A stretch of DNA of 64,000 nt from Oscillospiraceae bacterium (GTDB taxonomy: Bacteria > Bacillota > Clostridia > UBA1212 > UBA1255): NCBI GenBank assembly GCA_015069185.1, contig SVJB01000002.1, forward strand, positions 797 to 64,796. Direction: 5' to 3'. The translations under genes and the position numbers were made by a program. Every line of letters starts with the position of its first letter. The stretch's first letter is position 1. A model generated the notes under the pieces. That model was given only the letters and a program-made list of their open reading frames with translations, did no database searches and had not been told where the DNA came from. Below are positions 25,833-34,817 of this stretch, piece after piece.

Positions 25833-26789
25833 ATGAACGAGATAGAAAAGTTAAGAATTGAATGTGTTGAGACAGATGAGTTTGACAGATATGGCAAATT
25901 CGTTGTTGAACCTCTTGAGAGAGGTTATGGTACGACACTTGGCAATTCGCTGAGACGCATATTGCTTTCTTCCTTAGAAGGATCAGCTGTAGTAAACATT
26001 AAGATTGATGGTACTTGTCATGAATTCTCCACAATTGACGGTGTTGTAGAAGATGTAACAGAGATTATTCTTAATATAAAGCAAATTGGTTTTAAATTAT
26101 ATTCTACTGATGAACCTAAATTTGTTCGTATTGATAAGACAGAAAGAGGTCCGGTAGTTGCAGGTGATATTATATGCGACTCCGATGTTGAGATTCTCAA
26201 TCCTGATTTACACATTGCTACACTCAACGGAGACGGCAGATTACTTATCGAAATGGAACTCGGCACTTCTGTTGGTTGGCGTACTGCTGAGAAAAATAAG
26301 AAAAATAATTTACCTAATGGTGTTATACCGATAGATTCTATCTTTTCACCAATTAAGAAGGTTAATTATACTGTTGAAAATACACGTGTTGGAAATGTAA
26401 CTGACTATGATAAATTAACTCTTGAAGTATGGACTAATGGCGCGCTTACTCCCAAAGAAGCAATAAGCCAGAGTGCTAAAATTCTTATAGATCAGCTCTC
26501 TGTTTTTGTAAATCTTGACGAGGAAGAAGTTGTCGGCGAAGTAATGCCTAAGCATGAGGAAGCAGGTTCACAAAAAGAGAAGATTCTTGAAATGAACATT
26601 GAGGAATTAGATTTATCTGTTCGTTCATACAATTGCTTAAAGCGTGCAGCTGTTAATACAGTTGAGGATTTAGTAAATAAAACAGAAGATGACATGATGA
26701 AGGTTAGAAACCTTGGCAGAAAGTCATTGGAAGAAGTTATTTTTAAACTCAAATCCTTAGGACTCTCACTGAAGAACAGTGATGACTGA
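25833..26789 (+). CDS. rpoA: DNA-directed RNA polymerase subunit alpha
   Basis: [31 protein letters not shown]-terminal domain [15 protein letters not shown]. Confidence 0.98.
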   Translation: MNEIEKLRIECVETDEFDRYGKFVVEPLERGYGTTLGNSLRRILLSSLEGSAVVNIKIDGTCHEFSTIDGVVEDVTEIILNIKQIGFKLYSTDEPKFVRIDKTERGPVVAGDIICDSDVEILNPDLHIATLNGDGRLLIEMELGTSVGWRTAEKNKKNNLPNGVIPIDSIFSPIKKVNYTVENTRVGNVTDYDKLTLEVWTNGALTPKEAISQSAKILIDQLSVFVNLDEEEVVGEVMPKHEEAGSQKEKILEMNIEELDLSVRSYNCLKRAAVNTVEDLVNKTEDDMMKVRNLGRKSLEEVIFKLKSLGLSLKNSDD

Positions 26790-26821
26790 GTCTCAGAATT
26801 GAATGGAGGTTAATTGTTATT

Positions 26822-27358
26822 ATGGGTTATAGAAAATTAGGTCGCAAAGCAGATCAGAGAAAAGCTATACTTCGTGGAATGGTTACTGCATTACTCCAAC
26901 ATGGAAGAATCGTAACTACAGAAACAAGAGCAAAAGAAATACAGAGTATTACTGAAAAATTGATCGCTAAAGCTGTTAAGGAAGCAGATAACTATACAAC
27001 AAAGCAAGTTAAGGTTAGCCGTGTTCCTGAAAATGCAAAGGGTGGCAGACAGACAACAGTTGTTACATCTAAAAATGGTAATAAATTCACAAAATTTGTT
27101 GATCGTGAAGTAACAACAGAGCTTGCAAGAGTCGATAATCCTTCAAGACTTGCAGCTAGAAGGTTGATCATGGAATGGGTATATGATGTTGAGACTGTTG
27201 ATAGCGAAGGAAAAGCTACAAAAGTTGTAAACAAACTCTTTGATGAGATTGCTCCTGAATACAAGAGCAAGAACCGTAAGGGTGGTTACACAAGAATCTA
27301 CAAGACAGATGCTCGTAGAGGCGATGCAGCTCCAATGGCAATCATTGAGCTGGTGTAA
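26822..27358 (+). CDS. rplQ: 50S ribosomal protein L17 with an internal insertion of about 55 aa
   Basis: The N-terminus MGYRKLGRKADQRKAILRGMVTALLQHGRIVTTETRAKE and C-terminus GGYTRIYKTDARRGDAAPMAIIELV are canonical L17. At 178 aa it exceeds the ~120 aa of B. subtilis. Confidence 0.95.
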   Translation: MGYRKLGRKADQRKAILRGMVTALLQHGRIVTTETRAKEIQSITEKLIAKAVKEADNYTTKQVKVSRVPENAKGGRQTTVVTSKNGNKFTKFVDREVTTELARVDNPSRLAARRLIMEWVYDVETVDSEGKATKVVNKLFDEIAPEYKSKNRKGGYTRIYKTDARRGDAAPMAIIELV

Positions 27359-27377
27359 TATACACAAAGTATGATTT

Positions 27378-27426
27378 AAAGGGATTTGGTTATGAGGAAA
27401 CCCATAACAAAATCCCTTTTTGTTTT
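27378..27426 (+). terminator. Intrinsic terminator of the alpha operon
   Basis: AAAGGGATT (27378-27386) pairs with AATCCCTTT (27411-27419), followed by TTGTTTT. Confidence 0.75.
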
Positions 27427-27430
27427 AGTT

Positions 27431-28318
27431 ATGGATGATTATATAAAATACGAAAATGTTTCATATTCATATGAGTACGATTATGAGGATAGTGAGGAAG
27501 AAGAACTAAATGATATGAATGTTCCTCGATCAATTTCGTATGCTGTGAAAAATATCAGTTTTTCTGTTAAAAAAGGTGAATTTATTGCGATAATAGGAAG
27601 AAATGGGTCAGGTAAATCTACCTTGGCAAGATTGACAAATGCATTAATACAGCCTACAGAGGGAAAGGTATATATTAATTCTAAAGACACATCAGATCCT
27701 GAAAACTTATGGAATATAAGATCGTCTGTTGGTATGGTTTTTCAGAACCCGGACAATCAGATAATAGGAACGACTGTAGAGGACGATGTGGCTTTTGGCT
27801 TGGAAAATTTAGGCGTTCCGTCTGAAAAAATGAAAGCAATTATAGATGAAGCAATTCATTTTGTGGGTCTTGATGGTTTCTCGGAAAAGGAGCCGCATTT
27901 GTTATCAGGTGGACAGAAACAAAGAGTTGCAATCGCAGGTGTTATTGCGATGAGACCTGACGTAATTATTTTAGATGAAGCTACTGCCATGCTGGATCCT
28001 ATAGGACGCAAAGAAGTAATGAGCGTAGTACGTAGGTTAAATAAAGAAGAAAATATTACTGTACTGCACATAACTCATCATATGGATGAAGTTGCTGATG
28101 CAGACCGTGTTATATTAATAGACGAAGGTGCTTTACTCGCTACAGGAACACCGAAGGAATTATTTTCACAGGGAGATATGATGAGAAAAGCAGGTTTGGA
28201 AGTACCACAGATTACAAGATTGTTTGAATTACTTAGAGAAAGTGGCGTGGATTTACCAAAAGATGTCATTAATGTTGATGACGCTGTATGTATATTAGAA
28301 AAAATAATAGAAAAGTGA
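27431..28318 (+). CDS. ecfA1: ECF transporter ATPase component EcfA1
   Basis: Walker A GRNGSGKST, signature LSGGQKQRVAIAG, Walker B ILDEATAMLD. Start set at ATG 27431 because the ORF-track start (27386) lies inside the rplQ terminator hairpin. No strong SD was seen, so the start is uncertain. Confidence 0.9.
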   Translation: MDDYIKYENVSYSYEYDYEDSEEEELNDMNVPRSISYAVKNISFSVKKGEFIAIIGRNGSGKSTLARLTNALIQPTEGKVYINSKDTSDPENLWNIRSSVGMVFQNPDNQIIGTTVEDDVAFGLENLGVPSEKMKAIIDEAIHFVGLDGFSEKEPHLLSGGQKQRVAIAGVIAMRPDVIILDEATAMLDPIGRKEVMSVVRRLNKEENITVLHITHHMDEVADADRVILIDEGALLATGTPKELFSQGDMMRKAGLEVPQITRLFELLRESGVDLPKDVINVDDAVCILEKIIEK

Positions 28319-28325
28319 TTAAGTA

Positions 28326-29183
28326 ATGTTGTTAAGAGTAGAAAATTTATCATATACATACATGAAAGGAACGCCTTTTGAGAAAAAGGCGTTAGATGAT
28401 GTGAGCCTTGAGATAGAAAAAGGCGACTTTGTAGGCATTATAGGCCATACAGGGTGTGGTAAATCTACATTAGTACAGCATTTCAATGGATTATTAAAGC
28501 CGGACAGTGGCAATATATATATAAATGATCAATGTGTTAATAACTCAAATATAAAAGTTTTAAGAAAGTCTGTAGGATTTGTTTTCCAATATCCGGAGCA
28601 TCAGTTGTTTGAAGCTACTGTATATAAAGATATCGCCTTTGGACTTAAGGGTGAGAAACTAACAAAAGCTGAAGAGCGACAGAGAGTTATTAAGGCGGCA
28701 ACTGCAGTAGGATTAGATCTTTCTTTACTTGATAATTCCATATACGATTTATCAGGAGGACAGAAGAGAAGAGTTGCTGTTGCAGGTGTTATCGTTATGA
28801 ATCCCGATATACTTGTGTTAGATGAGCCTGCAGCCGGCCTTGACCCTATTGGAAGAGATGAGATTCTTAATTTTATAAAGAACTTGCGCGATGAGTATGG
28901 AATTACAATCATTCTTGTATCACACAGTATGGATGATGTTGCTAAATATACAAACAAGGTAATTGTAATGAATGACGGTAAGATCGAGATGATTGGTGCG
29001 CCTGGAAAAGTATTTACTAATGCAGCGCGATTACGAGAAATTGGTCTTGATGTGCCGCAAATCACCACATTGTTCGCAAAACTTTCAGAAAAATTTCCTG
29101 AATATAATATAAATCGTGAGGTATTTACTTTAGAAGATGCAAAGGCAGCGTTACTGAAACTTATCGGAGGTGAGGGAAAATGA
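28326..29183 (+). CDS. ecfA2: ECF transporter ATPase component EcfA2
   Basis: Walker A GHTGCGKST, signature LSGGQKRRVAVAG, Walker B VLDEPAAGLD. Confidence 0.93.
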   Translation: MLLRVENLSYTYMKGTPFEKKALDDVSLEIEKGDFVGIIGHTGCGKSTLVQHFNGLLKPDSGNIYINDQCVNNSNIKVLRKSVGFVFQYPEHQLFEATVYKDIAFGLKGEKLTKAEERQRVIKAATAVGLDLSLLDNSIYDLSGGQKRRVAVAGVIVMNPDILVLDEPAAGLDPIGRDEILNFIKNLRDEYGITIILVSHSMDDVAKYTNKVIVMNDGKIEMIGAPGKVFTNAARLREIGLDVPQITTLFAKLSEKFPEYNINREVFTLEDAKAALLKLIGGEGK

Positions 29184-29977
29184 CAATTTCTTTAGGTCAA
29201 TATATCCCAACAAAATCCGTTGTTCACAGAGCTGATCCCAGAACTAAGTTTCTTGCAATGATAGGTTATATGGTAGCTGTCATGTTGATAGAAACATTTA
29301 TTGGATATGGTATTGCCACTTTATTTGTAATTTCTGTGTATTTAGTTGCAAAATTACCGATGAAATATGTTTTTAAAAGTATTAGACCGGTAATTTATAT
29401 TGTTCTATTTACTATGCTTATTAATTTATTTATACATGATGGTCATACTGTGTGGTTTTCCTGGAGGTTTATAACAATTTATAAGGAATCAGTATTTTAT
29501 TGCATTAAAATTATGCTGAGGGTAATATTACTTGTGATGGGAGCCTCTGTTTTAACGTACACTACTGCATCGACGTCTCTGACTGATGGCTTAGAAAGCT
29601 TAATGTCACCATTGAAAATCATTCGCTTTCCGGCGCATGATATTGCGATGATGATGAGCATTGCACTTCGGTTCATACCTACGTTTGCTGATGAATTAGA
29701 CAGAATAGTTAAAGCACAGATGGCAAGAGGCGCTGACTTTGACTCGAAAAATATTATCAAGAAGGTTCGCAGTTACATTCCGGTGTTAATACCATTATTT
29801 GTCAGCGCGTGGAGAAGAGCCGCTGACCTGGCTAATGCGATGAATGCCAGAGGCTATAGAGGTGGCGAAGGCAGGACAAAGTACAGGGTACTAAAATTTA
29901 CATTAATTGATTTAGTTATGGCAATAATAATGATACTTTTTATAAGTTTAATTGTCATACTTCGCATTTTGTTGTAA
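29180..29977 (+). CDS. ecfT: ECF transporter transmembrane component EcfT
   Basis: Multi-TM protein with the two conserved A-x3-RG coupling helices (KAQMARGADF, ANAMNARGY). ATGA overlap with ecfA2. Confidence 0.92.
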   Translation: MTISLGQYIPTKSVVHRADPRTKFLAMIGYMVAVMLIETFIGYGIATLFVISVYLVAKLPMKYVFKSIRPVIYIVLFTMLINLFIHDGHTVWFSWRFITIYKESVFYCIKIMLRVILLVMGASVLTYTTASTSLTDGLESLMSPLKIIRFPAHDIAMMMSIALRFIPTFADELDRIVKAQMARGADFDSKNIIKKVRSYIPVLIPLFVSAWRRAADLANAMNARGYRGGEGRTKYRVLKFTLIDLVMAIIMILFISLIVILRILL

Positions 29978-30008
29978 AATTACAAGTATGATTAGGAGGA
30001 ATTGCTAC

Positions 30009-30359
30009 GTGAAAAAAATATTAATCTTATTATGCTTTATATTATGTATGACAGTTGTATGTACTATGTTTGCAAATGCAACAGACAGCACCGCAGAAAT
30101 AAATTCTAGTTCTGCAGCAGTGTCAACCAGCACCCCGGAAACAACTCCGTACAGTACACCGGAGGTGTCAAAAGGTCCTGCAAAAGCTACCGCAGAGCCA
30201 ATTCCAAATAATAAAGGTGATATCCAAGTACTGAATCCCGGCAATACTGATGCACCGGTAAATAGCACAGGTAAAATTATTTTGATTGCCGCAATAGTGC
30301 TGGTTTGTTTGTTTTTTGTGATCGAAGGAATTGTTTCTATTTTCATTAAGAAAAAGTGA
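30009..30359 (+). CDS. Small secreted/anchored protein (signal peptide, S/T/P-rich middle, C-terminal TM + KKK tail)
   Basis: GTG 30009 lies 9 nt after AGGAGGA. VKKILILLCFILCMTVVCTMFANA is signal-like. C-terminus is ...VNSTGKIILIAAIVLVCLFFVIEGIVSIFIKKK. Confidence 0.55.
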   Translation: MKKILILLCFILCMTVVCTMFANATDSTAEINSSSAAVSTSTPETTPYSTPEVSKGPAKATAEPIPNNKGDIQVLNPGNTDAPVNSTGKIILIAAIVLVCLFFVIEGIVSIFIKKK

Positions 30360-30368
30360 TAGAATAAT

Positions 30369-31295
30369 ATGATAACTATTAACGATACAATTAAAGAAGA
30401 AGTTATAAATTTTTACAATAAAGAGCGGGTAAAGGATACTCACAAAGGAGATTATGGTCGTGTGTATATAATTGCCGGCAGTAAAGGAATGACCGGAGCT
30501 GCTGCTTTATGCTCTATGGCAGCTCTGAGATCAGGATGTGGTCTTTCTTACATAGTTACCAAGGTTGCGTCAATGCCGGTATATGAGACACTGGTGCCGG
30601 AAGCTGTCAAAATATGTGTGACTTCTGATAAGAGTAACGATTATTTCACTGTGGAGGATGTAGATACTATCTTTGACAATATAAAAAATCCTGCCTGTAT
30701 AGTTATTGGCCCTGGACTGGGGAATAATATTAAGACAAAACAGTTTGTAAGACGTTTTCTAAAGAGATACAATATATCAGGACTTAATAACATACCGATA
30801 ATAATTGACGCAGATGCCATAAATAGCTTTGCCGACAGATTAGGACTTCTTGCAGACTGTGTTAATGAAAACTGTGTTATCACACCTCACTGCATGGAAG
30901 CATCTGTGCTTAGTGGTCAATCATTAGACTATATATGTGAGAATAGGGAAGCTTTTGTTGCTGATCTTGTAAAAAAACTAGGGTGCACAGTTGTATTAAA
31001 AGGAAATAAAACTTTGATAGGATGTCCGGGAAAGCAAAATGATGTAGTTATATATAGGAATACAAGTGGTAACCCTGGAATGGCAACAGGTGGTAGTGGT
31101 GATGTATTGGCAGGAATTATTTCAGGATTTATTGCAACAGACTCTAAAATAGATGGGGTATTTAATTGTGCCAGATACGGAGTATACGTACATGGGATGT
31201 GTGGAGATATAGCAATGGAAAAATATGGACAGAGATTTATAACGGCTACATGCCTCATAGATCAGTTGGGCGAAATACATAGAAGAGGATATTAA
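30369..31295 (+). CDS. nnrD: ADP-dependent NAD(P)H-hydrate dehydratase (YjeF C-terminal type)
   Basis: HKGDYGRVYIIAGSKGMTGAAALC and GGSGDVLAGIISG motifs. Confidence 0.88.
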   Translation: MITINDTIKEEVINFYNKERVKDTHKGDYGRVYIIAGSKGMTGAAALCSMAALRSGCGLSYIVTKVASMPVYETLVPEAVKICVTSDKSNDYFTVEDVDTIFDNIKNPACIVIGPGLGNNIKTKQFVRRFLKRYNISGLNNIPIIIDADAINSFADRLGLLADCVNENCVITPHCMEASVLSGQSLDYICENREAFVADLVKKLGCTVVLKGNKTLIGCPGKQNDVVIYRNTSGNPGMATGGSGDVLAGIISGFIATDSKIDGVFNCARYGVYVHGMCGDIAMEKYGQRFITATCLIDQLGEIHRRGY

Positions 31296-31296
31296 T

Positions 31297-32490
31297 ATGG
31301 ATTTTAGTAAGAGAACATGGGCAGAGATCAGTCTTGACAATATAACGCATAATGTTTTTGAAATAAGAAAAATAGTTGGTAGTGATGTTGCAGTTATCTG
31401 GATCGTAAAAGCAGATAGCTACGGACATGGCGCAGTACCTGTTTGTCATAAATTAGAAGCAATAGGAGCTGATTATTTTGCTGTTGCTGCTGTTGATGAG
31501 GCGCAATCACTCAGACAAAACGGCATTAAGACCCCTATTTTAGTACTGAGCTCCTCCAGCCACGGAATGATTGATGAAATAATTGCAAATGACATAACAC
31601 CCAGTGTCCTGTCATGGGAAGATGCACAGTATTTGTCAGAAGAAGCTGTAAAAAGAAATAAAATTATTAAGGTTCATATCGCAATAGATACCGGAATGGG
31701 AAGAATCGGATTAAATGCAAGAGAAGAAAGCGCACTTAAAACTACAATAGATTATGTGTTAAATATTGCACGCCTTCCCGGCATACAGACGGAAGGAATT
31801 TTCACACATTTTGCTACAGCGGATGAAGAAGATAATACCTTTACAAGGAAACAATATACTCTGTTTAGTAAGGTTATAGATGCAGTCAAAGACAAAGCTC
31901 CTTTGGTAGATAGTCTTAAATATATACATTGTGCAAACAGTGCTGCTATAATCAAACCTCTTGACATGCATATAAATGCCGTTCGTGCAGGGATTATTTT
32001 ATATGGAATGCATCCATCTGAATATACTAAGCAGTATAATATTAATTTAAAACCTGCTATGACATTAAAAACGGCAGTTACATTTGTTAAACAAACAGAA
32101 ACAAGCACACCGATCAGCTATGGTAGTACATATGTTACCCAAGAAGGTAGTTATATTGCTACTGTACCGGTAGGTTATGCTGATGGATACAGACGAAGTC
32201 TTAGTAATAATGCACATATGATACTCCATGGCAGAAAAGTACCTGTTATAGGTAGAGTGTGTATGGATCAGACAATGCTTGATGTGACTGAACTGTTTAA
32301 AGACGGAATTACTGTGAAAACAGGAGATGTGGTTGAGATATTCGGTGAAGGTATTATTACTGCAGATGATGTAGCCCGTAATGCCGGAACAATAAATTAT
32401 GATATAACATGCGGTATAAGCATGCGAGTACCACGCATATATATTGAAAAAGGGAAGCAGGATATTGTAGTCAACCTGCTATCAAAATAA
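31297..32490 (+). CDS. alr: Alanine racemase
   Basis: TWAEISLDNITHN...VKADSYGHGA (PLP-lysine motif)...GYADGYRR...VCMDQ. Confidence 0.95.
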   Translation: MDFSKRTWAEISLDNITHNVFEIRKIVGSDVAVIWIVKADSYGHGAVPVCHKLEAIGADYFAVAAVDEAQSLRQNGIKTPILVLSSSSHGMIDEIIANDITPSVLSWEDAQYLSEEAVKRNKIIKVHIAIDTGMGRIGLNAREESALKTTIDYVLNIARLPGIQTEGIFTHFATADEEDNTFTRKQYTLFSKVIDAVKDKAPLVDSLKYIHCANSAAIIKPLDMHINAVRAGIILYGMHPSEYTKQYNINLKPAMTLKTAVTFVKQTETSTPISYGSTYVTQEGSYIATVPVGYADGYRRSLSNNAHMILHGRKVPVIGRVCMDQTMLDVTELFKDGITVKTGDVVEIFGEGIITADDVARNAGTINYDITCGISMRVPRIYIEKGKQDIVVNLLSK

Positions 32491-32551
32491 ATTTCTTTTT
32501 TTAGTGTATTTACTCGGATAAAATGGATACAATGTGATTGGAGGGTTTTAT

Positions 32552-32722
32552 TTGCCGGAAGAGAAAAAAAGCGATATATCACAAAATGATAGCTCGCAGG
32601 AAAAAGCAGATATAACCGACAAAATGATATTGGGTTACCTTGAAATGTCAGATATTAATCTGGCCTTAGCCGAAGACGCCCTTATCACAGACAATCAATT
32701 GTGGAGTGATATACTTGATTAA
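32552..32722 (+). CDS. Short MazE/EndoAI-like antitoxin (C-terminal toxin-binding segment only)
   Basis: TTG 32552 lies 6 nt after [24 protein letters not shown] resembles, from memory, the C-terminal RRGYMEMAKINLNISSEA of B. subtilis EndoAI. Only ~24 hydrophilic residues precede it. It overlaps the mazF start, in the conserved alr-antitoxin-toxin order. Confidence 0.6.
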   Translation: MPEEKKSDISQNDSSQEKADITDKMILGYLEMSDINLALAEDALITDNQLWSDILD

Positions 32723-33056
32723 ACGCGGAGATATATATTACGCTGACTTGAGTCCTGTTATAGGATCCGAGCAAGGAGGCATTAGACCTGTTCTTGTAAT
32801 ACAAAATGATGTGGGTAACAAATACAGTCCTACAGTTATAGTTGCGGCAATAACATCGCAGATAAATAAATCTAAATTGCCTACACATTTTGACTTATCA
32901 TCAGTTGATTATGGATTAGCCAAAGATTCTGTTGTGTTACTGGAACAACTCAGGACGATAGACAAGAAACGCCTCAGAGAACATGTTTGTCATTTAAGTG
33001 AAGAGGCTATGAAAGCTATTGATTACTCTATCAGAGTAAGCCTGGGGCTTACATAA
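32715..33056 (+). CDS. mazF: MazF/EndoA (PemK family) mRNA interferase toxin
   Basis: (L)[57 protein letters not shown] is nearly colinear with B. subtilis EndoA. The start is either TTG 32715 or GTG 32706. Confidence 0.92.
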   Translation: MIKRGDIYYADLSPVIGSEQGGIRPVLVIQNDVGNKYSPTVIVAAITSQINKSKLPTHFDLSSVDYGLAKDSVVLLEQLRTIDKKRLREHVCHLSEEAMKAIDYSIRVSLGLT

Positions 33057-33135
33057 GATGATAAATTTGACATTTTGTCTAAAATAGCGTAAAATTTTCA
33101 CCGCGCTATTTTGTATTAAAAGGTGAGTGTAAAAT

Positions 33136-33744
33136 TTGAACGATATAAAGTTAATTGTGGCTAAAAATATATCACAGCTTAGACAGAAAAAGGGCATGAC
33201 ACAAATGGAACTTGCTGAAAAGCTTAATTATTCTGATAAAGCAGTATCAAAATGGGAAAGAGGAGAGTCACTCCCGGATATAGGCACACTTGTTGATGTT
33301 GCTGATTTGTTTGGAGTTTCGTTAGATTATTTAGTAAGGTTAGAGCACAAGGAAGAAAAGAAACCAAAGACAAAGAGACTTCGTAAATACAACAGGGGGC
33401 TTATTGTAGGAATGTCTATGCTGCTTGTTTGGTTAGTGGCATTGTTTGTGTTTGTACTTATATCCTTAATATCATCAGTTTCTACATATCATTGGCTTGT
33501 GTTTATATATGCTGTACCTACATCAATGATTGTTTGGTTGACTCTTAGTAGCATTTGGTTCAAGTCAAGATACAACTACATTGCTATATCAATTATGATG
33601 TGGTCTGCGCTGGCATCGTTACATTTGTCTATATTGCCTCTTGGTAAGAATATATGGCTAATCTACTTACTGGGGATACCTGCGCAGATAATAATCATTA
33701 TGTGGTCTAAAATTAAGTTAAAAAACAGGGAAAAAATTGAATAA
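33136..33744 (+). CDS. XRE-family HTH regulator with a C-terminal 4-TM domain
   Basis: ISQLRQKKGMTQMELAEKLNYSDKAVSKWERGESLPDIGTLVDVADLFGVSLDYLV (HTH_3), followed by four hydrophobic segments. TTG start follows AAGGTGAG. Confidence 0.85.
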   Translation: MNDIKLIVAKNISQLRQKKGMTQMELAEKLNYSDKAVSKWERGESLPDIGTLVDVADLFGVSLDYLVRLEHKEEKKPKTKRLRKYNRGLIVGMSMLLVWLVALFVFVLISLISSVSTYHWLVFIYAVPTSMIVWLTLSSIWFKSRYNYIAISIMMWSALASLHLSILPLGKNIWLIYLLGIPAQIIIIMWSKIKLKNREKIE

Positions 33745-33768
33745 ATGAGGGTGAAATTGTAAAAATAT

Positions 33769-33831
33769 CAGGGATTCTACTGTTGGTAGGATAGTAGAAT
33801 CCCTGATTCTACTGTTTAAAAACCAACAGTT
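33769..33831 (+). promoter_or_regulatory. Terminator-like hairpin with overlapping alternative pairings
   Basis: CAGGGATTCTACT (33769-33781) pairs with AGTAGAATCCCTG (33793-33805). GATTCTACTGTT is repeated (33773-33784 and 33805-33816). ACTGTT (33811-33816) pairs with AACAGT (33825-33830). Confidence 0.45.
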
Positions 33832-33928
33832 TACCAAGAATATAGAATGTGGATTGAGTTTATACATTGTTCATATTAAAATGTCTTTGATGTTTCAGTA
33901 AACAATAAAAGAAAAGGTGAAAATTAAA

Positions 33929-34816
33929 ATGAACTCTGATTATATTTTATCATGTGAATCTACTGTAGACTTGCCGTATAGTTATATCAGTGGCAGAAAT
34001 ATTCCGGTTTTATTTTACACATATACTGTTGACGGAAAAGAGTATTATGATGATATGGAAAGAGATGAAAGTGCACGTAAGGATTTCTTTCAACAGATAA
34101 ATGATGGCAAGCTGCCTGCTACATCGCAAATTAATGAGTTTAGATATATAGAATTCTTTGATGAGCTATTACAAAAAGGAGATGTAATCCATATAGCTCT
34201 TGGTACCGGTATGACGCCCTCTGTGCGTAATGCATGGGATGCGGCAAAGAAGCTCAAGGAAAAATATCCGGAACGCAAGCTGATCGTTATAGACTCACTC
34301 TGTAGCTGTACAGGTTATGGCCTTTTAGTTGACAGTGCTGCAGATCTTCGTGATGAAGGAAAGACAATAGATGAGGTGGCTCAGTGGATAGAAGAAAATA
34401 AAGGAAAAGTACATCACCAATTTTTCACCACAGACCTGACTCAATTTAAAAGAAGCGGACGCGTATCAGGACCTGTTGCACTTGTAGGCTCTATGCTTGG
34501 TATATGCCCTATAATGCATTTGAATAGCGAAGGACGTATTATTTCATATGGTAAAGCAAGAGGCAAGAAAGCAGCTATAAAGACAACAGTTGATGAGATT
34601 ATGAAGCATATTCAGGATGGAGAAAACTATACAGGTAAATTGCTTATCAGTAATGCAAATTGTCCGGAAACTGCGCAGGCTTGTAAAGAGGCTCTCGAAG
34701 CAAGAGGTTTTACAAAAGCTGATATTCAAATGACTCGCATTGGTATGGTTATCTCAGCGCATTGTGGTCCTGAGACAGTTGCAATATTCTTCTATGGCGA
34801 TGAAAGGACAAAGTAA
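33929..34816 (+). CDS. fakB: DegV-family fatty-acid-binding protein (FakB-type)
   Basis: ILSCESTVDLP...GKLPATSQ...HIALGTGMTPS...IDSLCSCTGYGLLV is a DegV pattern. It lies directly upstream of a DAK2/FakA-type gene. Start is ATG 33929 (or GTG 33917). Confidence 0.85.
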   Translation: MNSDYILSCESTVDLPYSYISGRNIPVLFYTYTVDGKEYYDDMERDESARKDFFQQINDGKLPATSQINEFRYIEFFDELLQKGDVIHIALGTGMTPSVRNAWDAAKKLKEKYPERKLIVIDSLCSCTGYGLLVDSAADLRDEGKTIDEVAQWIEENKGKVHHQFFTTDLTQFKRSGRVSGPVALVGSMLGICPIMHLNSEGRIISYGKARGKKAAIKTTVDEIMKHIQDGENYTGKLLISNANCPETAQACKEALEARGFTKADIQMTRIGMVISAHCGPETVAIFFYGDERTK

Positions 34817-34817
34817 G

